From Oscillospiraceae bacterium (GTDB lineage Bacteria; Bacillota; Clostridia; Oscillospirales; Ruminococcaceae): a stretch of 32,774 nucleotides of DNA. The position numbers were made by a program, and so were the translations under genes. Under the pieces are notes generated by a model. That model was not told the origin of the DNA. It ran no database searches and was given only the letters and a program-made list of their open reading frames with translations. Where the stretch lies: contig CAAGDT010000045.1 in assembly GCA_900768675.1 (NCBI GenBank), positions 1 through 32,774 of the forward strand, given 5' to 3'. Shown in pieces: positions 1 through 7,138 of the stretch. The number at the start of each line of letters is the position of its first letter. The stretch's first letter is position 1.

Positions 1-20
1 CTTGCATATTTTCCGCCATC

Positions 21-129
21 TTGCACAAAAACTCCTTGACGTGCGTGGTCTCCCCCTGCGGGGGAGGTGTCACGAAGTGACAGAGGGGCTGACCGACAGA
101 CCAGCACGCCTGCGTCGCTTTTTGTACAA
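21..129. repeat. Nested palindromic REP/MITE-like intergenic element
   Basis: Outer arms TTGCACAAAAA (21-31) and TTTTTGTACAA (119-129) have 1 mismatch. Inner hairpins are CTCCCCC-tgc-GGGGGAG (50-66) and TGTCAC-gaa-GTGACA (68-82). Confidence 0.6.
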
Positions 130-184
130 CCTGACGAAAAATCTGACTGCGTAATCGCACGACAATAATTATGCGGTATTGCCC

Positions 185-1288
185 TTATAAAACCGAGTCA
201 AGATATTCGGTCAGCGCTTCAAGGGAGAACGCCTGATAATATACTGCGTTGTTTTCGTAGGTGGTTGTGGTTACGCTGTAGTCAACAAGGCTGTTGGGGA
301 AGGTATCAAGCAAATCATCTCTTGAGTGTATCCGCAGATAAGCGCAGGGCGCTGTTTCTCCTGTTTCCTCGTTAATAACGCTGTCGTAAATATCGCAGAG
401 GAAGAATTCCCTGATTATGATAATGCCCTCGGAGGAAATCTCCGCAGTACAGAGAATACGGTCTCCCTCGGCGTAGCAGGGATTAGCGAAAAGCTGGCTG
501 CTTTCGTCTCCGAAGAATACCGCTACTGCGGGTATGCTTGCGTCTGTTACGGGGACGAACATATTGCCCCAGCCCTCGTTAATTGTTATTTTGTAGCAGG
601 AAATGGGGACAGCACTGTTTTTCGCAATTTCGCTTACCCCGTCTATTTCGGAAAATTCGTCCTTGTTAAAGCGGCTGTTTATTGTAAGGCTCAGTATTGA
701 AAGACTTCCGCCTTTAACCTTTACGGCGATATCATCCATACTATAATAGGGCATATCCGCATTACTTACAGAAAACTCATCGTATGCCGAAACAGCGGCT
801 CTCAAATCGGAGGAGGGGTATACGGGGCAGGGAGGAGTGATACTGTATAAATCCCCGTGGCTGCTCTCGGTTGATACTTTTGCCTCGGTAATACTGTATG
901 CTGCGCCGGAAACAAGAGGAGCTTCCGCCTCGGTTTCAGCGTATGGGATTACGGCTTCCGCAGTGGTTGTTGCTTCGTAAGCGCCGAAGGCTGCGGGCTG
1001 TAATGCAGCGGTTTCAGCGGTTGTCTGCCCGGAGTCTGCCGACCTGCCGCCGCTTAAGGGCGATTGATTTACAGAGCTTGTTTTAACACCGCCGTCAATT
1101 CCGAAAATTATTACCGCAGCAGAAACAAGGCAGATAGCTGCCGCCATACCGCCGTAGCGGACTGCGTTCATAAATATACGTGGCTTTGGCTTTTGCACCT
1201 GCTCCCTCATCATAAGGGATACTTTATCCAAAAGCTCGGGACTCGGAGTTATCCTGTCAATGTCTTTATGCAGTTGTTCTCTAAACAT
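185..1288 (-). CDS. Putative anti-sigma factor (single TM, extracellular domain)
   Basis: ATG at 1288 follows SD AAAGGAG and overlaps the ECF sigma stop. Short cytoplasmic N-terminus, one TM (GGMAAAICLVSAAVIIFGI), Ala/Thr/Glu-rich linker and a C-terminal extracytoplasmic domain. This is the classic ECF/anti-sigma arrangement. Confidence 0.7.
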   Translation of the reverse strand: MFREQLHKDIDRITPSPELLDKVSLMMREQVQKPKPRIFMNAVRYGGMAAAICLVSAAVIIFGIDGGVKTSSVNQSPLSGGRSADSGQTTAETAALQPAAFGAYEATTTAEAVIPYAETEAEAPLVSGAAYSITEAKVSTESSHGDLYSITPPCPVYPSSDLRAAVSAYDEFSVSNADMPYYSMDDIAVKVKGGSLSILSLTINSRFNKDEFSEIDGVSEIAKNSAVPISCYKITINEGWGNMFVPVTDASIPAVAVFFGDESSQLFANPCYAEGDRILCTAEISSEGIIIIREFFLCDIYDSVINEETGETAPCAYLRIHSRDDLLDTFPNSLVDYSVTTTTYENNAVYYQAFSLEALTEYLDSVL

Positions 1289-1796
1289 CGAATTCAACTC
1301 CTTTCAGCGATTCCTTAAGTATAGCCCGTGCACGGGAAAGTCTTGCTTTGACGGCGGATTCCGAGGAATTTGTGGCTCTTGCGATTTCCGCTACGGTCAT
1401 ATCCTCGTAGTAGAAGAGATAAACGGCTGTTCTGTACTTGTCCGAAAGCTTCATTACTGCACCAAGAACGTCGGAGCGGGTATCGGAGGCGGCAAGACCG
1501 CTGTCGCAGCCGCCGCTGTCTGTATCCTCCACGGAAAAGTCACGGTGACGGTTCCAGGCGCTTGTCAGAAAGGATTTCGAGCAGTTTATCGTGATTTTTA
1601 TAAGCCACGCCTTGCGGTGCTCCTCGTCGTTATAGGTCTTATCCGCCTTTATATAGCGGAGAAAGACCTCCTGCAATATATCGTCTGCATCGTGGGTATT
1701 CCCTACCCGCGAATAGGCAAGACGGTACACCATATCAGCGTATTTTCGCATTACCTCGTCAAAGCTTTCCCTTGTGACCAAGGAAAGTTCTGTCAT
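1281..1796 (-). CDS. ECF (sigma-70 group 4) RNA polymerase sigma factor
   Basis: 171 aa. Region 2 motifs DADDILQEVFL and KAWLIKITINCS; region 4 motifs YYEDMTVAEIA and SESAVKARLSRAR. Confidence 0.95.
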   Translation of the reverse strand: MTELSLVTRESFDEVMRKYADMVYRLAYSRVGNTHDADDILQEVFLRYIKADKTYNDEEHRKAWLIKITINCSKSFLTSAWNRHRDFSVEDTDSGGCDSGLAASDTRSDVLGAVMKLSDKYRTAVYLFYYEDMTVAEIARATNSSESAVKARLSRARAILKESLKGVEFDV

Positions 1797-1806
1797 TATT
1801 CGGTTT

Positions 1807-1893
1807 CCCTTACCTTTCTGCGAATTGCCGCCGCGGTAAGGGGGAGCGGCGGACAGTCCGCATCATAAGCTCTTATAATACTATCCGCAGAAA
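1807..1893 (-). promoter_or_regulatory. Structured 5' leader of the ECF sigma gene with anti-SD (candidate translational switch)
   Basis: Stems 1893-1883/1825-1815, 1881-1873/1868-1860 and 1852-1846/1834-1828. Loop sequence CCCUUACC (1842-1835) is complementary to the SD region GGUAAGGG (1814-1807). Confidence 0.45.
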
Positions 1894-1929
1894 TCAGCTG
1901 TATATTCCTGCTTTCAGTATCGGCTTCAA

Positions 1930-1964
1930 TAATAACACTGCGTAACCCGATAAAAGGTTACGCA
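1930..1964 (-). promoter_or_regulatory. Candidate ECF-type promoter with an overlapping 9-bp inverted repeat
   Basis: Minus strand GTAACCTTTT-N13-GTGTTATTA, with the same two boxes at 4383-4412. Perfect IR TGCGTAACC-N8-GGTTACGCA at 1939-1964. Confidence 0.45.
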
Positions 1965-1997
1965 ATATTTCTTGTTTTTTTAAAAATTTACGGTTAT

Positions 1998-2966
1998 TTA
2001 TTCAATAACTTCTATATTTTTGATAACTCCGTTGGAGAAGCTTACTCCGAACTGGTCGGACCATTCGATAAGCATACCGCTGAAGGTTATCCTTACTTTC
2101 TTTGAGCAGCTTTCCTGTCCTCCGTCAACAGCGGTATTTACTTCTGCATTATCAGCGTAATTCTCGTAAAGGTTGCCGCAGCGGAAGCGGGGAGAGTCGG
2201 TAAAGAGGGAAATGCCCTCCCCAAGCTCTGAGTAATCGTTCAGTAGGAAGAAATCGGGAATTCCCTGGGTTCCTCTGTCCGAAAGTTCCGGGTGGGGCAT
2301 ATCCTTGTAGGAGCTGTCGGGGAAGAAGAAAATATCGCCTGCGGTTACTGCATACTGATCGTCCCGGAAGAAGCGGATTGTTCCGGTAAGGGTAACGTCC
2401 TCGGTAATCTCGATTGTATTCGACATAGGATAAGCGATTAAATTGCCCTCTTCGTCGTTATATATACTGATTATGGAATGAACGGAATTGATGGTATGAC
2501 CGCCGAAGCTGTCCCCTGCCCTGACAGGCTTATAGCCCTCCGGCGTTACATATTCGCCGCTGTACTCGTAATTTTCCGCATCGAAAAGCCCGGGGTCTGT
2601 GATGCTGTCGTAATAGGTTCCGGTTGCGGGGCGGGCAAAGGCTAAGTCGTATTCAAGATAGTACTCCGTTTTGTTTGAAGCGTCCTCTGCATAAACCTCT
2701 GTACCGTCGGGAGCTGTCCATACAAGGGTTTTGCCCTCGTTGTCGGGTGCTGCTGTTTCCTCGGCGGTTGTTGTGGTTTCGGCGGTTGTAGTTTCCGCTG
2801 TTGTTTCTTTTGTGGCAGTAGTTTCTTCTGCGGCTGTTGTGGTTTCAGCGGCGGGTGTGGTGGTTGTGCCTTCCGTTGTTTCGGCGGTATTTCCGCCGGT
2901 TGAAGAACAGCCTGCGGCGGAGAGGATTGCTGCAAGTGCGAGAATGAGTGATATTGATTTTTTCAT
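1998..2966 (-). CDS. Lipoprotein with Thr/Glu/Ala-rich linker and unknown C-terminal domain
   Basis: Start reassigned to MKKSISL (ATG 2966, SD GAAAGGAAG). Signal peptide with lipobox-like LSAAG-C, then repeated ETTTA/ETTA linker. Confidence 0.85.
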   Translation of the reverse strand: MKKSISLILALAAILSAAGCSSTGGNTAETTEGTTTTPAAETTTAAEETTATKETTAETTTAETTTTAEETAAPDNEGKTLVWTAPDGTEVYAEDASNKTEYYLEYDLAFARPATGTYYDSITDPGLFDAENYEYSGEYVTPEGYKPVRAGDSFGGHTINSVHSIISIYNDEEGNLIAYPMSNTIEITEDVTLTGTIRFFRDDQYAVTAGDIFFFPDSSYKDMPHPELSDRGTQGIPDFFLLNDYSELGEGISLFTDSPRFRCGNLYENYADNAEVNTAVDGGQESCSKKVRITFSGMLIEWSDQFGVSFSNGVIKNIEVIE

Positions 2967-3060
2967 AACGTTTCTTCCTTTCTGAGCCTGTTGGCTCTTG
3001 TGGTATGGTTTTGGTGGGGTTGGTGGGGATTGTGGAGGGGGCGCCCTGCGCCAGCTCGGC
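2851..3060. repeat. Direct repeat copy 1 (leader + signal peptide), paired with 3942-4151
   Basis: Aligns ungapped at offset 1091. The non-coding part 2967-3060 vs 4058-4151 differs at 2 of 94 nt. Confidence 0.95.
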
Positions 3061-3166
3061 TTACAGGGCGCGCCCATTTTTGCGGCGGAACACTTAAGCG
3101 TTCCGCCTTACCGCAGTCTTTTCCTGTTTTACTATTCGCAAAAATAATAGCAAATCTGCCTGTATA

Positions 3167-4057
3167 TTATTCCTCCGCAAATCCATAATCGCCGATTTTC
3201 CATTCCGCTCCGTCAAATGAAACGGTATAAATAATATCCCTGCTTTCAAGAGGCTCATCCGCAGCGCCGATTATATACGGGTTTCCTCCTTCCGGGTGGC
3301 ACAGCGCTCTTAACGTGATTTTATCCGGACTTTTTTCAAGCACGGTTATTTTCTCTCCGAAATTAACCCACTTGCCGTCGTCAATTGCAAAAGTATTTCC
3401 CGTAAGCGCTTCGGCAGGAATTTTGTCAACGTAAATCAGCTTTAAAATCCCGAAGAAACCTAGATATTCCTTTTCTTCGGCAGGCTTTTTTGAATATGTA
3501 AAATCCGGCTGATTTTTCGGTATGCCGCCGTGATTCGTTTCACAGTATTCGTACATAATTTCGGGGGACTGAGTATCAATCACATAGACCGTAGTTTCTC
3601 CCATAATCGTTGTAACGAGATAAGCGCAGCTTTCATCGCAGTAGATATCATTCAGCGTATAAAATCCGGGGCTGAAGGTGCTACCCGAATAGTAAAACTC
3701 GGGGTTTTCGGGCGCAGCCCCGCTCTCGTCAACCCAGCTGCCGTAAAAATACTTTTCAAAAACCTCAAAATCCTTCTCGTCAACAATGCTTTCGCCCGTA
3801 TAGTTGATTATATCGCTGCCCGCAGCCGACTGCTGCGCCTTTACGTTTTCTTCTGTCGTTTCTTTGGTTGCAGCAGTCGTTTCAGCGGGCGCTGTGACCT
3901 GTTCGGAAATTGCGTTTCCTATGATTTCTATGCTTTCTGCGGCGGTTGTGGTGGTTGTGCCTTCCGCTGTTGCAGTTGTGTTTCCGCCGGCTGAAGAACA
4001 GCCTGCGGCTGAGAGGATTGCCGAAAGTGCGAGGATTAGTGATATTGATTTTTTCAT
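3167..4057 (-). CDS. Lipoprotein with Thr-rich linker and unknown C-terminal domain
   Basis: Start reassigned to MKKSISL (ATG 4057, same SD as the paralog). Lipobox-like LSAAG-C. The mature domain is not visibly similar to that of 1998-2966. Confidence 0.85.
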   Translation of the reverse strand: MKKSISLILALSAILSAAGCSSAGGNTTATAEGTTTTTAAESIEIIGNAISEQVTAPAETTAATKETTEENVKAQQSAAGSDIINYTGESIVDEKDFEVFEKYFYGSWVDESGAAPENPEFYYSGSTFSPGFYTLNDIYCDESCAYLVTTIMGETTVYVIDTQSPEIMYEYCETNHGGIPKNQPDFTYSKKPAEEKEYLGFFGILKLIYVDKIPAEALTGNTFAIDDGKWVNFGEKITVLEKSPDKITLRALCHPEGGNPYIIGAADEPLESRDIIYTVSFDGAEWKIGDYGFAEE

Positions 4058-4151
4058 AACATTTCTTCCTTTCTGAGTCTGTTGGCTCTTGTGGTATGGT
4101 TTTGGTGGGGTTGGTGGGGATTGTGGAGGGGGCGCCCTGCGCCAGCTCGGC
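3942..4151. repeat. Direct repeat copy 2 (leader + signal peptide)
   Basis: Paired with 2851-3060. Confidence 0.95.
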
Positions 4152-4256
4152 GAAGCCGAGCGCGGTTTTCCTGCGGCTTTGCCGCAGGAAAACCGCCAAA
4201 GCTTAAGCTTTGGCGGCGCAGGGCGCGTCTTTGGCGGAACGCTTAAGCGTTCCGCC
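4132..4256. repeat. Cluster of perfect palindromes (REP-like cruciform)
   Basis: 12-bp IR 4132-4143/4215-4226 encloses hairpins 4145-4161, 4162-4196 (16-bp arms) and a 24-bp palindrome at 4193-4216. A further 24-bp palindrome at 4233-4256 has a one-mismatch copy at 3084-3107. Confidence 0.85.
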
Positions 4257-4320
4257 GCCCGCTGCTGATAGTCTGTAAAAGCCCGCTTAATCAAGCTTTT
4301 GTATACATCTTATTTGCCTA

Positions 4321-4349
4321 ATTATAGCATTACTGCGGGGTAAAGTCAA
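4321..4349 (-). promoter_or_regulatory. Sigma-A promoter for the lipoprotein genes
   Basis: Minus strand TTGACT-N17-TATAAT with extended -10 TG. Confidence 0.75.
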
Positions 4350-4382
4350 CATAATTACGCCGCAGATTTCTGCCTTCACTCT

Positions 4383-4412
4383 TAATAACACCTTTTTAGA
4401 CCAAAAGGTTAC
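4383..4412 (-). promoter_or_regulatory. Candidate ECF-type promoter
   Basis: Minus strand GTAACCTTTT-N11-GTGTTATTA (AAC-N17-TGTT). The same boxes lie upstream of the ECF sigma gene. Confidence 0.5.
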
Positions 4413-4512
4413 ATTTTTCTTAAAATTTATTCCCATTTCCCGCCCTCGGTTACAGTTTTGCCCGATTACACCTTATTTTCACAAAAATTTCACCAAATAT
4501 TCAAACTAAAGC

Positions 4513-4539
4513 TAAAGTTCGGAGGATTTCTGCCGATAT
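4513..4539 (+). promoter_or_regulatory. Sigma-28 (FliA/SigD) promoter
   Basis: TAAA-N15-GCCGATAT, an exact sigma-28 consensus, directly upstream of flgM. Confidence 0.9.
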
Positions 4540-4594
4540 AACAAATACAGAGCAATATCCGCGCTTCCATTCCATTGTAAAGGAGTTGACAGTA

Positions 4595-4873
4595 ATGGAG
4601 ATTAAAAATTTACAGGCAAGCTCGATAAACGCTTACAGAAAGCTTACCAGAACAACTGCGGTTAAAAAGAATACCGCCGCTGCAAAGGAAGCGGTGAATA
4701 CCGATAAGGTTGAATTTGACTTCGGACGCTATCTTGACGCAGCTAAGGCTAATGCTGCTTCAGGCGCTGATTCTGCTGCTTCGGCAGACAGACTTGCAGC
4801 TCTTGCCGAGAAATATGCGGGAGATAACTGCCCCGTAACGGCTGAGGATACGGCTGACGCTATGTTTTTCTGA
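4595..4873 (+). CDS. flgM: Anti-sigma-28 factor FlgM (divergent)
   Basis: ATG 4595 follows AAGGAG. 92 aa with DKVEF and C-terminal DRLAALAEKY...PVTAEDTADAM resembling FlgM. Lies before flgN/flgK behind a sigma-28 promoter. Confidence 0.75.
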   Translation: MEIKNLQASSINAYRKLTRTTAVKKNTAAAKEAVNTDKVEFDFGRYLDAAKANAASGADSAASADRLAALAEKYAGDNCPVTAEDTADAMFF

Positions 4874-4892
4874 TTAACGGAGGTGAAGGGAA

Positions 4893-5369
4893 ATGACGGT
4901 ACAGACTGCTGTAAAGGTTATAGCCTTTATGGAAAAATACAATAAGCATTTTGAGGAGCTCTGCGCCTTTGTTTCCGAAAAAAAGGCAAAGGTTATCGCC
5001 GACGAGCTGACCTGGCTTTTAGATTCACTCAATGTTGAGCAGAAATTCGTTATGGAGGGCAACGACCTTGAAGCAAAGCGGCTTGCGCTTTTTGAGGAGC
5101 TGGGTCTTTCCGGTGCAAAGGCAAAGCAGCTTTTAGAGGAATGTCCCGAAGAGTACAAGGCGAAATTTGCCCTTGAATGTCGGAGAATGGAGCAGAGCGT
5201 TGATTTTATCAAGGCTACAAATGCGGATATTATTGAAATAATAGAAAGAAAACTGTCAATTCAGGAGAAGCTTGCAAACAGAAGCCCCTCTACCGTCCAG
5301 ACCTACAACGGCAAGGGTACAAAGGTTACAAAGCATAACACATCGGGCGGCTTTTTCGGAGAGGTATAA
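4893..5369 (+). CDS. flgN: Flagellar export chaperone FlgN
   Basis: Helical 158 aa protein (LEAKRLALFEELGL...IKATNADII...TYNGKG) between flgM and flgK. SD GGAGGTG. Confidence 0.8.
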   Translation: MTVQTAVKVIAFMEKYNKHFEELCAFVSEKKAKVIADELTWLLDSLNVEQKFVMEGNDLEAKRLALFEELGLSGAKAKQLLEECPEEYKAKFALECRRMEQSVDFIKATNADIIEIIERKLSIQEKLANRSPSTVQTYNGKGTKVTKHNTSGGFFGEV

Positions 5370-5425
5370 AGGCATAAGGCAGTAAACAGGCTTTAATAAG
5401 GCAATACCGGAAGGATTGATTATAT

Positions 5426-7036
5426 ATGCGTTCATCATTTTTAGGCTTTGAGGTTTCAAAGCGGACAATACAGCTTTCTCAGAAAGCCCTTGATATTACG
5501 GGAAGCAACCTTTCCAACGCAAAGACCGAGGGCTATACAAGGCAGAGAATTGATATAGGTTCAAGCTACTTAAGCAAATATTCCTACTGGCAGTCCACCG
5601 CCTCCCGTATGACCCTTGCGGGACAGGGAGCGCAGGGCTTCGGTGTTGACCAGATAAGAGACCCCTACATAGATAAGCGCTACCGTGAGTCTGCCTGCTA
5701 CGTTGCAGAGTACAGCACCAATGTAGACGTGCTGAAAGAGGTTGAAAACGTACTGGACAATATCGACAGCGAGGGACTTACAGCAAGCCTCGATGAGTTC
5801 AAGAAGGCGCTTTCCACCTACGCAGAAAAGCCTTACAGCGAGGAATATGCAAGTATCGTAAGAAACCAGGCGTACAATATCACAAACCTTCTTCATTCCT
5901 ACAAGACCGACCTTGAAGCCCTTAAGGAAACAAACCTTGAGGCGCTGGAGGCTTCCGTTGACGAAACAAACGACATTATCGACCAGATAGTTGAATACAA
6001 CAAGTCCATTGTAAAGGAATACTCCGTTATGGCTTCCGGAAAGCTTGCAAACGGCGAGTCCGTTACAGGCTCCTACGGTCCCAACGAAATGCTTGACGCC
6101 CGAAACCTTCTTCTTGACGAGCTTGCCTATAAGGGCAACATCACGGTTTACGACAACCCTGACGGTTCGGTAAAGGTACTTATGGACGGTGTTGAGATTA
6201 TAAACGGCGAAAAGTACGAGCACCTTTATATGAAGGGCAGCACCAAAAAAGACGAGGAATATTCCTCCGAACTGCTAAGAGATTATTACGCTTATGATGC
6301 AGCAGTGCTTCGCTGGACCTCCGGCGATGACGCAGTGCTTAAATCCGGTGAGCTTAAGTCCTACGTCAATGTACTTAACGGCAACGGCGTTTACAAAACT
6401 GGCTACCAGAACGACTATTACGGAATACCCTACTACGAGTCCACAATAAACGCTTTTGCAGATACCTTTGCAAACTTTATGAACCGCTTTAACGGCGCTG
6501 TTGATGAGAACAACAACGTAATCGACAAGGACCGCCTGCTGTTCTGCACAAAGGAATACAACGAGGGTACGGAAAGCTACGAAGACCTGGATATGACCGC
6601 AGACAATATAAGAATTGCCAACGCATGGATGGAAAAGGCAACAATGTTAGGCGAGGTAAAGAACGAGAATACGGGAGCTTGGTCATTAAGTCTTGACGGC
6701 GACCATATCAACCAGCTTATAGTACAGATTGACAGCAAGTCAATGTCCTTCGGCGGAAAGGGCGACTACGAGGGTACGATTTACGACTACCTGCTCTTTA
6801 TAAATAACCGCTTAGGACAGAACATAGAATACAACAAAAATCAGTACGACTCGGCATTTGCCACCTCGGAAGCGCTGCTTGACAGCAGGGACGCAGTTTC
6901 GGGAGTTTCCGAAACCGAGGAGGGCATCAATATGCTCACATACCAGAACTGGTACAACGCAAGCTCAAGAATGATGACGGCAATGGATGAGGCGCTGGAC
7001 CGCCTTATAAACAATACCGGAAAGGTAGGTCTGTAA
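5426..7036 (+). CDS. flgK: Flagellar hook-associated protein 1 FlgK
   Basis: N-terminal ALDITGSNLSNAKTEGYTRQR and C-terminal RDAVSGVSETEEGINMLTYQNWYNASSRMMTAMDEALDRLIN. Confidence 0.95.
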   Translation: MRSSFLGFEVSKRTIQLSQKALDITGSNLSNAKTEGYTRQRIDIGSSYLSKYSYWQSTASRMTLAGQGAQGFGVDQIRDPYIDKRYRESACYVAEYSTNVDVLKEVENVLDNIDSEGLTASLDEFKKALSTYAEKPYSEEYASIVRNQAYNITNLLHSYKTDLEALKETNLEALEASVDETNDIIDQIVEYNKSIVKEYSVMASGKLANGESVTGSYGPNEMLDARNLLLDELAYKGNITVYDNPDGSVKVLMDGVEIINGEKYEHLYMKGSTKKDEEYSSELLRDYYAYDAAVLRWTSGDDAVLKSGELKSYVNVLNGNGVYKTGYQNDYYGIPYYESTINAFADTFANFMNRFNGAVDENNNVIDKDRLLFCTKEYNEGTESYEDLDMTADNIRIANAWMEKATMLGEVKNENTGAWSLSLDGDHINQLIVQIDSKSMSFGGKGDYEGTIYDYLLFINNRLGQNIEYNKNQYDSAFATSEALLDSRDAVSGVSETEEGINMLTYQNWYNASSRMMTAMDEALDRLINNTGKVGL

Positions 7037-7100
7037 TCAGGTCGGCGATAACCCGCCATCTGCTTCGTAAGCTGCATCTGACGGCTTCTCGCCGCCTTGA
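7034..7100. repeat. Imperfect palindromic intergenic repeat (short copy)
   Basis: TAATCAGG..G.CGATAA.C..CCATCTGCTTCGT...GCATCTG.CGGCTTCTCG.C.CC.TGA is shared with 14027-14138. Confidence 0.8.
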
Positions 7101-7138
7101 AAGTTTATTGGCATTTATCTATTACAGGAGGTTTTCCT

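Noticed and set aside
1815..1900. Three-way junction with nearby CUGA and GAAA as a hammerhead ribozyme
   Set aside because: The CUGANGA and GAAA core nucleotides are not positioned in the junction.
2967..3077. Pro-rich N-terminal extensions (PPPQSPPTPPKP) on both lipoprotein ORFs, also 4058-4294
   Set aside because: They are read-through of the C-rich leader and palindromes. The SD and signal peptide place the true starts at 2966 and 4057.
2851..4151. Repeat pair as a diversity-generating retroelement TR/VR or an invertible shufflon
   Set aside because: The repeats are direct and at 5' ends, the mismatches are not adenine-specific, and no reverse transcriptase or recombinase is nearby.
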